Positions 46,614-59,306 of a stretch of DNA of 64,000 nucleotides are shown here, piece after piece. The position numbers and the translations under genes are program-made. Below the pieces are notes generated by a model. The model saw nothing but the letters and a program-made list of their open reading frames with translations, ran no database searches and had not been told where the DNA came from. Position 1 is the stretch's first letter. Each line of letters starts with the position of its first letter. This stretch comes from Azolla caroliniana (lineage: Eukaryota > Plantae > Polypodiophyta): positions 10,478,001 to 10,542,000 of the forward strand of contig JBHGNT010000011.1 of NCBI GenBank assembly GCA_043228905.1. The letters run 5' to 3'.

Positions 46614-48640
46614 ATCTTCGTTTGGGACAAGAGCTCCCTCTTGTTCCTTTCATGATTTGCCGGCACCGTTAGGAATTGGACGGATTTCCCTCTGTTTTGG
46701 CTCTGAATTCGTGCAAAAGCCGCACCGCTATCGAGCACCTTCGTCTCCATCTGTGATGCTGTGATAAAGGGTTGCCCGAGGATCACGGAGTGTGAGACCT
46801 CATCTTGCATGAAGAAATTTTGGTCTATCTCCACATCCCCGATCTTCACCATCACATTCGGACAAGCCGCAAATAGCTGTTCCGTTGCTTTAGTGGCTGC
46901 CCGGATCTTCCACCCATGATTCGTGTTAATAGGCCACTTACCCTTCCGGTAGAACTCCTTGGACATCAAGTTGATCTCCGATCCGTGATCAATCAATGCT
47001 AGCACGGGCTCTTTGATGTTACCAATTTGGACCGGAGTCTCCATAGTTGCTCGTGCCCAATGTGGCTTTGTGTAGTGAGAATTCGGTATTTCATCCTCCA
47101 ATTCTGTGCCATTCATTAGAACGGTATTTGCATTCACCCTTGGAGCGTTCTCCTCCGTACTTTGCCTTTTTCTCTTCACGAGATCCACAAGAAGATTGTG
47201 GAACTCCTTCGCTATTCCGAGTAATTCTTGAAGCGAAAAATCTACCCGGCTATCGAGGAATCTCTCCTCGAACACCTTTTTCAAGTCTGTTTGTTGTTCG
47301 ATGTCCGAGGCGAGCTTGAATGCCGGAATCATCTTTTCTTTTCCCTTACCTCCGGAGTTCCAGCTTTCCGGTGTCTTCGATGGACCGGCCGCCTCATCCG
47401 TGCACCGTCGCTTCTCATCTACATACACTTTATGCAATTGGCATAAAGCAAACACGCTATTCTTATCCACGGGGCACTCCCATCCTGTAGCTTCACGAAT
47501 ACCTTCCACGGTGCTTCGGATCTCATTGGAGTCGGTTTTCTCGGGGTTTTCTAGCATATCCGGCCAAAAAGACGCCTTTGCTCCCGATGACTCACCAACA
47601 CTTATTCCCATGGTTGTCGCATAATTACCTTTTTCCGTTATTTCCTCCTCTAGAACCTTCTTCATGCCGCCTTTCCGGAAGTTTGGTCGGAGTGGCTTCC
47701 GAGAGTCCATCAAATGAATCCGATTTCCCTCGTAGTAGATAAGATCCCGTCGTAACGCCTCCTTGTGCTCGTCGCAATCCCTCCGATTGTGTTCGGTGCT
47801 ATCACACCATATACATCGACGGTCTATATACTTGGAGTTTGTGGGACGGTCTCCCGACTTCTTCACCATTGCGATTTTCAGATTCTCCATATCTTTCAGC
47901 AACTGCTCCACCATGGTTGCGTCAATCCCCTTCTCGGTCGTAGTCTCTCGAGCCCGTAGTTGATGGTCTTCCAATCCGGATCTCGGTTTCGGAATCGGTT
48001 CCGAAACCCTTTTCTCTTCATTAGCAAGCCATTGTCCCCTCTTCGTGTATCGCACGACGATATCCCGCATGCTTTCCCACGTTTCGGTGAGGCCGCTTTC
48101 GGTGGTCGTGTCCTCCAGAAGCACTCCGAGATCTTTCCGGTCCCAGACGTCCACAACTTGCAAAAACATGATGACTTTGTCCGGTGCAAGAATAGTTTGA
48201 TCTCTCGCGGACAACACCCTGAACCGACTTTCGAATGACGAAAACACTTCGAGGACCTTCAACCCCTTACCTGGCGTTTCCACCCAATCCTCGAATCCCC
48301 TCCGCGTTGCCTTGGAGGAGTCCTCGATGGCGAATGTGGTCTTTAACTCTTCTTCAAATGCTTCCCACGTCGGATTTTGCTGTTGTAACCCGTGGATACT
48401 CCCTTGAAGCCTGTCGGTCGCCATCCGGTTGAAGGATGTCACTTGCAGTCCTTCCGAAATCCGGCACCGGAGCATCTCTGCCTTGTAGTCCTGCAAATAT
48501 CGCGACACATCCTTACCGTTGAATTGCCCGTTGCGTTGCACGAGCCGCTCTACTACTGCCGAAATCTCCGACATCGCGCGTTGTTCTTGTAGCATCCACT
48601 CGAACATCGCCATCATATTGTTAGCTTGTTGATTCTCCAT
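46604..48640 (-). CDS. gag: Intact Gag-protease ORF of element C
   Basis: CIWCDSTEHNRRDC; ALIDHGSEIN; ends KMDF* at the slip site. Confidence 0.9.
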   Translation of the reverse strand: MENQQANNMMAMFEWMLQEQRAMSEISAVVERLVQRNGQFNGKDVSRYLQDYKAEMLRCRISEGLQVTSFNRMATDRLQGSIHGLQQQNPTWEAFEEELKTTFAIEDSSKATRRGFEDWVETPGKGLKVLEVFSSFESRFRVLSARDQTILAPDKVIMFLQVVDVWDRKDLGVLLEDTTTESGLTETWESMRDIVVRYTKRGQWLANEEKRVSEPIPKPRSGLEDHQLRARETTTEKGIDATMVEQLLKDMENLKIAMVKKSGDRPTNSKYIDRRCIWCDSTEHNRRDCDEHKEALRRDLIYYEGNRIHLMDSRKPLRPNFRKGGMKKVLEEEITEKGNYATTMGISVGESSGAKASFWPDMLENPEKTDSNEIRSTVEGIREATGWECPVDKNSVFALCQLHKVYVDEKRRCTDEAAGPSKTPESWNSGGKGKEKMIPAFKLASDIEQQTDLKKVFEERFLDSRVDFSLQELLGIAKEFHNLLVDLVKRKRQSTEENAPRVNANTVLMNGTELEDEIPNSHYTKPHWARATMETPVQIGNIKEPVLALIDHGSEINLMSKEFYRKGKWPINTNHGWKIRAATKATEQLFAACPNVMVKIGDVEIDQNFFMQDEVSHSVILGQPFITASQMETKVLDSGAAFARIQSQNRGKSVQFLTVPANHERNKRELLSQTKMDF

Positions 48641-50225
48641 CTCCTTGCCACCCGTCTTCACGTTGGGTTCACCACTTGTGTCGTGCCTCTCGGCGCCGGA
48701 TCGTTACGTGAGTCGGGTGGGAACTACTGGGGTTTTGGACTAGGAGAAAGGAGATCGTGAGATAGAGATTAATTATGAGTAGATAGCAAAGAGAAAGATA
48801 AGAAACTCGTGAATCACACGAGTATACTATATTAATTGGTACTTAGGTTGTTAAGAAAGAAGTAGATGCATAAATCGTGAATCCCACGAATAATTTTTAT
48901 ATTGATCAATACTTAATCCAAAAATATCCAACCCTTATACATCTTTCTCTCCTCCTTATATAAGGACGGAAGAGGCTAAGCATAGCTTCTTGCTTTTCTA
49001 AAGTGTTCATGCTCTCTAAATTTGCATGCATTACTTTTCCCACTACAATTTCCTAAATTTAGCATTCATGCCCACTAGATGTGCATGCGTAATTTTATTA
49101 GTGTGCATATAAATAAAGTTTTCACGCATGGCACGAGCACAAGAAGAAGGCATATTGTACATGATGCATGCCTGACTGTGCAAGTCGGAAGTGAATGTGG
49201 TAGGCGACTCAGGTGGGGAGTTATGGCACAAGAGACTTGGCCATATGAGTGAGAAAGGAATGCACATCTTGGCCGACCTGGAAGCTTCTCCCAGAATTGA
49301 AAGGAGTACACTTGGAGAAGTGTGTCGACTGCTTAGTTGGAAAGCAGAACAAGACAACATTCCACACAAGACCACCAAGAAGAAAAGAAGCTGCACTAGA
49401 ACTAGTACACACGGATGTGTGCTATGTAAATGCTCCATCGCATCGAGGTGGATAGTACTTCGTAACATTTATCGATGACTATAGTCAGAAGACATGGGCC
49501 TTTGTACTGAAGTCAAAGGATCAAGTATTGTCAATGTTCAAGGAGTTCCAAGAAAGAACTGAACGAGAGTTAGGTCAGAAGTTAAAGGTTGTCCGAACCA
49601 TGGTTGTTTACGTACCCATATTTAACGTTTAAATATGTATAGTACCTCATAATTTGTATAGTACGTTGTCGTAGTGTAATTTACACACTACGTGGGAATT
49701 GCATTTTTTCCATCCGGATAGAGAATGAAATACCCGGTGAGAACCGGACGAAGAGGAACCGGCAAGGAGGAATTGGCAAGGAAGAGCCGGATGAAGAAGG
49801 TTGGTGAGAGTCTCTTACGGGATGAAGAGACACAATTGTAAATAAAAGAAACATTAAAATTTTTATTACGTGCATAGGGCAAGATTCGAACCCTGCACCT
49901 CCACGACAAAACTTCCACTTGCCATTTTAGAAGCTACCACTTTAACCTTCATCGTCCAATCTTCCAGTTGATATCAGATTCAATCTGATGGGACATGTCG
50001 AACTTCCCTTAGTATCAGTCGACAACCAGTCGATGTGTTGAGAGTCGAACGCAACTTCCCATAGTAATAGGTCTCACATTTGCTCATGGTTATACCAAGC
50101 TAGTTTTGTAAATAGTAGAAAGGGCACCTGCCCTAGTTTAGTTGGTATTTAAACCAACCCCTTGTAACTTAGTTACTATTGGAAGTATTTTGGTTAATGT
50201 AATATACAATCTTTTATCTCTGTCT

Positions 50226-50282
<57 letters not shown>

Positions 50283-50545
50283 AAAGCTCTCTGTAAGTTC
50301 ACTCCGGCCATCGTTTTCTACGTTCTATAGCTTGTTGGAAAGCTCTTTGAGAGGGCTTTCTAAAGAATGTTCATTTATGGAATTCCGTTACTGTGGCGAG
50401 AAGTTATGAGCATTTTCATCCGCAACCATCTTTGCCCCACGGTTCCTCAAACGGAAGGTAGATTTTGAAGCCCTAAATCGAGTGAAAGCTACATTCTCTC
50501 TCCTTCCCTCTCTGTCTCTCTTTTCCCGTAGGGTTTGTCCCTACA

Positions 50546-51407
50546 ATGGCAAATACTCGTAAAACCGCCGCAAAGTTCGGGGGTATGATTGATAATGAGC
50601 CGAGATCACCAACAAATCTCGATTCTAATGCAATGGACAAAATGCTTATGAGTAACTTGATTTCTCTTTTAAAAACCATAAACAAGCAAGGTGAAGAGAT
50701 TAGGACGTTAATGAAAGAGAATACTAAGCTCCAAAGTGTTGTCATTGAGAATGAAAGTCTTAAACAAGTGGTTGCAAAACTTCAAGAAGAGATTCAAGAA
50801 TGTAAAAGAGCTTCTTTTGAAACAAATGAGCGCCTTAACAAGATTGAGTTAAAGGAAGCATTAAAAGAAGAAAAATTGGACACGATGAGGCGGGATGTAA
50901 GTGAGATGAAAAATGTATGTACAATGGGCCGATGTATGTGGTGGGGATGTGCTATCAAACTCATCTAATATGCATGTGATGCATCAAGAGAAGAATATAG
51001 AAAGCATAGATGTCCGAGAATTGAAAGAATGTGAACGACGATCAAAGAACATTGTCGTCCGTGGGGTTAAAGAAAAGAGTATGGAAACACCCGCATCCCT
51101 TGGAAAGGCCATTGGTGAATTTTTTAGCATGCATTATGGGATGTCAGATGTGAATGTATATGGGGCACACCGAGTTGGGAAACATGGTGTTACTTGCTCC
51201 GGAGAAAGGCCTATTGTATGCACAATGACAGATGATACAAAGCGGCGGATCATACTCGAAAATAGTTGGGTATACCTCAAAGGTACACAATGCTTTGTGA
51301 GTGAAGATCGTACTATCTCACAACAAAATGCTCGTCGTCAAGCATATGAAGAAAGATTGAAAAACAAGGTTAAGGATGTGCCTAAAGATGGAAATGTAGG
51401 CAAATAG
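50546..51407 (+). pseudogene. ORF1: LINE ORF1 (coiled coil plus RRM-like domain), one frameshift near 50930
   Basis: Heptad-rich N-terminus, then RRSKNIVVRGVKE...AHRVG...RPIV...FVSEDRT. Confidence 0.75.
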
Positions 51408-51413
51408 GGACAC

Positions 51414-52697
51414 GTGATCTATGAGACTAACCCACGCCTTTTACAACTATGCTTTTGGAATTGCAATGGATACCCATGGAATGCGGGATTTGGCATAGAG
51501 GAGTTCACCGATGACTCAGATATCACACTTCTTGTTGAAACATGGGAGTATGATACTCAAAGGATTCAAGGTTTAGGAAACTATAATGTACACTCTTTGA
51601 TATGGAAGAAAAATCCAAGACAAAGAAGAGGACAAGGAGGGGTGGCATGTTTGATTAAGAAGGAAATAGAGAAATATGTGTCAATCATAAAAAATGATGA
51701 AAATAAATGCTACATATGGCTCAAAATAGAAACACCTAATGATTTGCCCACTTTTGTAGTTGGATGTTACATTCCTCATCAAGATTCTAACTTTTATGCT
51801 TGTTTGGATAAAGATCAACCGTTTGCCAATCTAGAAGATGATATTGCTTATTTCAAATCCAAAGGGGAAGTTATTGTCTTTGGTGACATGAATGCTCGTA
51901 CAAGAAGTTTCCAACTTGATTCACAAGAATCTTTCATGCCACATATCTCAAGGATGCAAGAGGATATGCAAATGTATAACCGCTCTTCTAGCGATGAAAA
52001 AGATCCGAACCAATTTGGGAAGTTACTCCTACAAATGTGCAATAGTACCAGATTTCTTATTGCAAATGGTATTTCCTTATGGCCCAACACTAATGGTTTT
52101 ACATGTAGAAAACACAACGGAAATAGTGTGATTGACTATGTGCTACTTTCCGAAGGTATTTTGGATCGTATACATAAATTCTCACTTGGTGAATGGACAC
52201 CGGAATCCGATCATAGGCCTTTATGTATTGATCTCAAATGTATGCATAGGTTTGATTGTGAGAAGGCTATTGAAGATAATAAACAACCGCACTTGAGCAT
52301 GAACCTTAAGCGAGCACCCATGTATTCCAAGATGGTTGAGGATATGTTACAAATGACAAAGATACAACATGGTGCCACACTAGAATGCAAATGGGAAGCT
52401 TTCAAGAAAGTCCTTCTCTCATGTACAAACAAATGTTTTTTGACCAACCGCACATCTTGGAAGTGCACCAAGAAACTTAGGAAAAAATGGTTTGATAAAG
52501 AATGTCGTGAAGCTCGAAAGTGCCGTATGGTTTTGGATGTAGTTAAGGATAAAGAGAATTACCAAAAGCATTTGCATGAGTATAAAAGGCTTATTCAAAG
52601 AAAGAGAAGAATATGGGAAGTTACTCAACAATTTATCCAAACGCAAGAGAAAGCACATGCATGTGCTAAATTTTGGGGAAATCTAAAGGGAAAACGT
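51414..52697 (+). pseudogene. ORF2: LINE ORF2 AP-endonuclease domain (continues at 60000-60358)
   Basis: WNCNG, ETW, GGVA, YIP, GDMNAR, SVIDY, SDH. Removing D restores LKGKRVESYGDL...PLHKGGD...NNYRTIM. Confidence 0.9.
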
Positions 52698-53700
52698 TGT
52701 CGAGGTATTCCTCGCGGATGTGTGGAATGAGGCGGGACCTCGGGGGTCTTGTACCGAAGAGCAAGAGAGAAAGGAGAAGGGAAGAGACCCACTACGTGCG
52801 AGCGTAGATTCACAGGGACACGGCCCTTCGACACAAGACGCGAGCGGGAAACCGACACAGAGAGACACGAAGTTATGTATGTATATATTATCAGAGACAA
52901 ACAACAAGAAACACGAGTTCGGTTACAACCGAACAAGCCGGCGAACAGATGCCGATGCCTGTTCGTAAACGCTCAGAAAGAAAGGAGTAGATTGGAGGTG
53001 CTGCCAGAAGCACTCGGGCATTCCTCAGAGCAGCGCGAGCCTCCCGAAAACCTGCACAGAAAGAAGCTGCCGAGTATGGAAGAGAGAGAAGCCTTCGGTC
53101 GACAACCCGACAACACTTCGTCCCCTCTCTAAAACGCTCAACAGAGAGACACGAAGTTATGTATGTATATATTATCAGAGACAAACAACAAGAAACACGA
53201 GTTCGGTTACAACCGAACAGGCCGGCGAACAGATGCCGATGCCTGTTCGTAAACGCTCAGAAAGAAAGGAGTAGATTGGAGGTGCTGCCGGAAGCACTCG
53301 GGCATTCCTCAGAGCAGCGCGAGCCTCCCGAAAACCTGCACAGAAAGAAGCTGCCGAGTATGGAAGAGAGAGAAGCCTTCGGTCTACAACCCGACAACAC
53401 TTCGTCCCCTCTCTAAAATGCGATCCCATCCCCCTTCTCGTCTCCCTCCTTTTATAGGCAAGGAAGGAGCCGTTTCCCCTTTACTTCCTACCCACTAAAT
53501 CTACCTACCTAGGATCTCCTATGTACCTAATTCTCCCTTATGTACAATATAAGGCGTACGGGCATGAAGAGCCGGTTGCTACGCCCCGGTGCACCGATTC
53601 CGCTTGTGGACGGTTTTCTTCACGACATCCGCCCCCACCTAACCGCGCATCCTTCGGCATGCGCCAAATTGAGTTGGGACGGAGAAAGCCGGTCCAGCCT

Positions 53701-56700
53701 TCATTCCCCGCGCGTCGGTTCTTCCTCGGTTTCGGATCGTTCGTCGTCGCGGTCCAGGTTAACCGGATCCGGCTCGTCGTCATGACGCTTCTTGAACGCT
53801 TTGATCCGCTTCCTAGCTACCGGTATCGCCATTCTCGTACCGTCGAGTTCCGCCAAATGGTACGTCCCGTTGTCGTTGGCGCTTTGTACCACGTAAGGCC
53901 CGAACCACCTTCTTGCGAACTTTCGTGTCGCTCGGTGCTGGTTGTCAAGGCTGCTGTCGTAGACTAGCACCCAGTCGCCTTCCTCGATCTTATTCGGTCA
54001 GAGCCGGTGCGTTCGGTCGAACCTGGCTTTGTTCCTCGTCCTTGCCACCTGAAGCTTTTCCGTTGCCTGCTCCACGTCCTCCGGTCTTCGCTCGAGCTGC
54101 CGTATGCGCGCCGTCAACAGTTCCTCCCGGCTCATCTCGTCTCTCCAGTCCACGGTTGCCCATGAGGAGATCGTTCGTTCCATCGGCATGATCGGCTTTT
54201 GCCCAAACATGAGCTCTGCCGGCATGAATCCGGTTACCGAACTGTGCGTAGTTCGGTCAGCCCACAACGCGTAAGGCAGCAGCTGCGGCCAGTTCCCGAC
54301 TTGCCCCCCGCATGCCCGCACTAATGCCTTGACGATCGGTCCGTGTTCGCGCTCCACCTTCCCATTGGCCTCCGGATTGTACGCAGTAGTAAGCGAGAGC
54401 TTGACTCCTAGCTGGTCGAACAGCTCCTTGGCCTCTTCGGCATCCAACTCCCCGCGATCAGCCACGATCTTCCTGACGCACCCGTACCGGCATATCACGT
54501 CCTCAATCAAGAACCGACATACGGCCGCGGTTGTTTTGTTCTGAAGGGCTCGGCCTTCCACCTGGTTCGCCAGATCTTCCCGAGCCAGGACCAGATACCG
54601 CATCTGTCCTACTCCCAACGACATCGTCACCAGATCTACCATCCATTTGAAGTGGATGGTCGGAGGGTACGTAGGGTGAAGCTCGTCCCGATGTCGGACT
54701 ACGGAGTGCATCTGGCAGCTCTCGCAAGTTGTCACGAACCGATGCACGTCCCACCGGTACTTCCCCTTTATCTTCTCGAACGTGGCCCACGTTCCACGGT
54801 GACCAGCCCAAGGGTTGTCATGGTAGGCCGTCAGCAGCTCCTCCTGTTCTTCCTTCATCGCCACCACCCGGAGCAGGACGCCGTTCCTCTTCTTCGGGTG
54901 CTTCCATAAGTATCCGTCCCGGAGAAAGAATCGGTATGCTTTCTTCCGAATCCGGTTGGCCTCGTCCCTCGTCCATGACGCATCCGGCGTCATTGTCCTC
55001 AAAAACCCACCGATCTGTAGCCACTCGCCGTCGTACTTGCTCTCGTCGAAGTCGTTAAGTGCTGGAGTGCTCGTCCCATCGGTCATCACATACGCCGCCT
55101 CGAAGAAGTCCACGCCAACTTCTTCGTCCTCCGAAACCATGCCGCCCTCGTCATCAAACCTCGCCCTCGAAAGCATGTCAGCCATGGCGTTGTCCTTTCC
55201 GGAAATGTGCCGTCTTTCCGGATCCAGGGACTTGATGTACGCTATCCACCTGAGCATCGCCAGGTCCGGTGTTGCACATCCGGAAACCATGCCGAGAATT
55301 GGCAGGAAATCCGTCTCGATAATCACTTCCGTCCCGATCAGGTAGTCTTTGTCGGCCTTTATTGCCGAAACGATACCCCAGAGTTCGCGTTTAACCTGGG
55401 CGTACCCTCGTTGTCGCTCACTGAGGACCTTCGCGCCGAATCGGATCGGGAACCGAATGCCGTCCCTGTCTTCTTGGTTGACGACCCATCTGACCCCGGT
55501 CAGACTCGTATCCATCGTTATGTATACCGGGGTACCCTTCTCGTAGACAGCCTTCCGGAGTGCCGGTGCTGCCGCAAGAGCTTCCTTCAGCTTCCGGACT
55601 GACTCCGTGTGCTCGTCTCGCCACTCGAATTTTCGCCCTTTCTTCAGCAACCCGTATAGCGGCTCTGCAACGTGGGCATAATGCAGGATCCATATGTGGT
55701 AGAATGCGCATGCCCCCAGGAACCTCCGAACTTCCGTAACCAAGCTACAGTCGGTCTTCATCGTGGAGATGGCTTCTACCTTTGCCGGAGACGGCTTCCG
55801 GCCATATGGTCCACATAGGTGTCCGACCACCAGAATTTCTGATTGCCCAAAGGCCGATTTCTCCCCCGAGAAGGTGAGCCTCGCATCCTCTAGCCTTTGT
55901 AGCACCTTCTCGCAGTCGTCGATGTGTGTTGCCACGAATCGCCGGCATCCGTCCGGCCCGACTGTCTCGTCCTTCTCTTCCACCGGGCACCCCTTGATCG
56001 AGATGTCGTCTAGAAACGGCATGGTGATGTCCAGGATGCAATCCCTCAGTACCTTGTTCATTGCATTCACCATGTGGGCCACCGAGTTGGTCCCTCCTTG
56101 TGGCAGGGTACACATTCGCACTAGGCCGAGGGGAGTCCGCATCGTCGTAATGTCTCTGCTCTCCACGGCTAGCTGGAACTGGTCGTATCCCGAGTATAGA
56201 TCACCGACCGAGTAAATCGACCTTCCGGCGAAGGCCTCCGCGAACTCGTCTCTGGTCGGTCCGATTCCTGCGTTCCGAATGGTCACTCTATTGACCGGCT
56301 GCAGGTCCTGAATGAAGCGCAATGTTCCATTTTTCTTTGGTACGGTAAACCATCGGTTCGAGTATGGGGCACTCGACGGTTCAAGAATGCCCATATCTAC
56401 TTTCTGCCTCAATAGCTCCATCAACTTCGGGATGTGAGCTCTCGGTACCGGAATCGGCTTGAGATTCCACGGCACATGCGGTACCGTGAATATCACCATC
56501 GGCTCCACGATCGTCGGGTCTACGCACCCGATCTCTTCCGGTGAGAATGCGAAGGCCTTTCCGTGCCTCCCGAGCATTCTCGAAACCGGTCTTCCTCCGT
56601 CGGCATGTAGGAACCCGCCCCCACCGATCTTGAGCTCCCGGAGCGTCCCGTCGGTGAAGGTATGTCCTATGCAGTCCGGATCTCGTAAACTGGGGTCCGA

Positions 56701-57189
56701 CGCAACCCCTCTGATCCGGGACTCGCTGCCCTCCGGTAAGGGTGCTGCGACTGGGCTTACCTTCCGGTCCACAGTCTTGTACTTCGTGCTAACTCGGGCC
56801 ATCCGATCCGACTCGAGCCCCTGACTGAAGTTCGCGATGACTTCGTACATCTCTTCGGAACATACCGGTATCGTCCGGTCTTCGTTAAGGTCATCTCCGG
56901 CTACCTTCCTCAGCATCCCCAGGGTGTCGTCGAAGGAGACTGCCTCCGCGGCTCCGCTGATTTCCTCGTCCGGGCCGAGAACTCCGCGCGATCGAAGTTG
57001 CACGTCCGCCCTTGCCTTTTCTTGGCCAACGATGCCGACTAGCATACACCGTCCGTTGTTGGAGAAGCAAAATTTCCTACCTATCGTACAGGGCTTTTTC
57101 AGTTTCTGTTCTATCGTACAGCTGTGGGGTCTTTCCCGAGTGTCTGGACTGTCTCGGCCCCACGCCTTGGCAGCCCTCTCTAAAAATCC
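53701..57189 (-). pseudogene. pol: Pol of element D (premature stop near the C-terminus)
   Basis: 1015-aa ORF 53998-57045 plus tail 53701-53970; closely similar to A pol; frame open from the slip site. Confidence 0.92.
57124..57189 (-). promoter_or_regulatory. Predicted -1 frameshift signal, element D
   Basis: GGATTTT-TAG; stem 1 GGGCTG/CAGTCC (one G-U pair); stem 2 GTGGGG/CCCCAC. Confidence 0.8.
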
Positions 57190-59306
57190 TCCCGGTTCTC
57201 GCCACCGAGGGATTCGCGGTTTCGCTCGTGGTTCGGTCGCACCGTCAGAAATTGGACCGAATGGCGCCTGTCCTGGCTTTTGACCCTCGCGTAGGCCGAA
57301 CCGTTGTCTAGCACCTTGGTCTCCATTCGTGCCGCTGTGATGGATGGTTCCCCTAAAATGACCGGGTGCGAGGACGTCTCCTATACGAAGAAGTGCTGGT
57401 CAATCTCGACGTCGCCGATCTTGACTCGCACATTCGGGCAGGCCCCGTGCAGTTCCTCGGTGGCGCGCGTCGCCGCCCGTATCTTCCACCCGTGCTTGGT
57501 GTTGATCGGCCACTTTCCCTTCTTATAGAAGTCCATGGACATCAGGTTTATTTCTGAACCGTGGTCCACCAATGCCACCACTGGTTCCTGAACATCTCCG
57601 ATCTTCACCGGGGTCTCCGTGGTCGCTCGGGCCCAGTGCGGCTTTGAATAGTGGCTCTCCGCCCACTCATCTTCCAGAGCCATGTCGTCGATGTGCGTCG
57701 TCCGCACCTCCACCGGTCTTTCCGGTTCCGTCTCTGTCGACAGCCTCTTCCGTTTCACCAGGTCCACAATGGAGTCGTGGAACTCCTTCTTGGTGATCCC
57801 TAGCACCTCCCGCAATGACAGCTCCACTTTGCTGTCGAGGATCAGTTCTTCTAGGACCTTTCGTAGGTCCGTAGTCCTTTCTATTTCCGTCCCCAGTCGG
57901 TATCCGCCCTTCCTGGGGTTATCTTGCGAGCTGGACCCACCGGCATCGTTCCGTCGCTGCTCGAATCGGGTCTCGTACAGTTGTGAGGGCCCGGCCGCTC
58001 CGGCTTTCCTCACTCGTTTGTCTTCTACCAGAGCCTCGTAGTTCCGGCAGGCGGCTTCTAGGAAGCCCGTCTTCTCCTCGACCGGGTCGCTCCACCCGGT
58101 TACTTCTCGGACCCGTCTCTCAGTGCGGTTCGTTTCATCTTTCCTCAGCCGTGCGCCGACGAGGCCTTCCAGCATTGCCGACCAGAAACCGTCTTTGCTC
58201 TCCTTTCGGGCCTCGCTGCCCCCGACCCGAATACCGGCCGAGGCCGAGTAGTGGATGGCCTCCACGTGTCGGGCCGCTGCCTCTTCCATCAGTCTCTTCA
58301 TACCTCCTCGCCCGTCGTTTCGGTTCAGGGCCCTCCTGGTGTCGCCGGCGTGCACCCGGCCTCCCCACAGGTACACCACCCGGTTCCTCAACGCCTCTGC
58401 GAAATCGTCGTAGTCCTTCCAAATGTGGCCGACCTCGTCACACCACATGCACCTGTTCCCCGCTGCCGGCCGTCGATCACGAGCCGGTTCGCCGCCTTCC
58501 CTTCGAGTCTGGGCGATCTGGAGATCCTTTATCGCCCGCGTCAACTCCTCCAGCGCTGCTCCTCCGGACGAGCCATTGACCATGCCGGTCGAAGCCGGAC
58601 CGGTTTCGAGCCATCCCCGGGTTTCTTCCCTTCGCACTTGCGGTGCCGGTTCAAGCCTCCTTGCTGTGACAGAGCCCGCACCGGCCGCGCCGTTGTCAGC
58701 CCATTCTCGCCGTTTGTCGAAACGGCCATAGACTCTCTTAACCGCAGCCCAGTCGGTTGTCAGCCCGTCTTCGGTTTCCAGCAAGGAGCCGACTTGATCC
58801 CTGTCCCGCTTGTCCACCGACTTGACGAACAGTAGGACCCGGCTTGTATCCAGAACGGTTCGGTCAAGAGCCGAAAGGCGCGCAAAGCGTTCTTCGAACT
58901 CCCGGAGGAGCGCCGACGCGTTTCTTCCCTTGCCGGGGGACTCCACCCATTCCATGAAGTCCCGTTTCGAAAGCCGGAGCACGTCGTCCAGCCCGTATTT
59001 TTCTAGGAGTCGGACTTCGAACTCCTCCCAGGTACGGCTCTCCGCCCGCACCTCGAGCACCTCCGCATGGATGCTCGGCATCGCCACTCGAGGAAACCCG
59101 GCAAGACGCCTCTCTTCGGGAATGTACCGCATCAGCATTTCTGCCCCGTAGGACGCCAAATACTTCGTGGCATCCTTTCCGCTGAACCGGCCGATCGTAC
59201 CGACGACCGCCTCAATGGCTCTGTCGAGGGCGCCGGTGCCCTCGCGTGCACTCAATATCTGATCCACGGCCGAAGCCATGGCCTCTGCAAGATCCGACCC
59301 TTTCAT
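57180..59306 (-). pseudogene. gag: Gag-protease of element D (late premature stops)
   Basis: ORF 57381-59552 homologous to A gag-PR; the same frame ends REDF* at 57180. Confidence 0.9.

Larger units (their letters stand above)
42903..49903 (-). mobile_element. Gypsy element C (Trp-PBS lineage); 5' LTR broken by an inversion
   Basis: 3' LTR 42903-43649. PPT 43650-43660. 5' LTR 48679-49129 plus inverted part 49667-49903. TSD ACGT at 42899-42902 and 49663-49666. Confidence 0.92.
41116..50010 (-). pseudogene. pol: Copia pol remnant G, split by the MITE, element C and the inversion (pieces 41116-42214 -, 49130-49598 +, 49904-50010 -)
   Basis: VRHVP..LNLISTGRLDDEG...WKFC, LWHKRLGHMSEKGM, VHTDVC, VRTNNGG, FGCLVY, NKWVYK. 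Confidence 0.85.
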
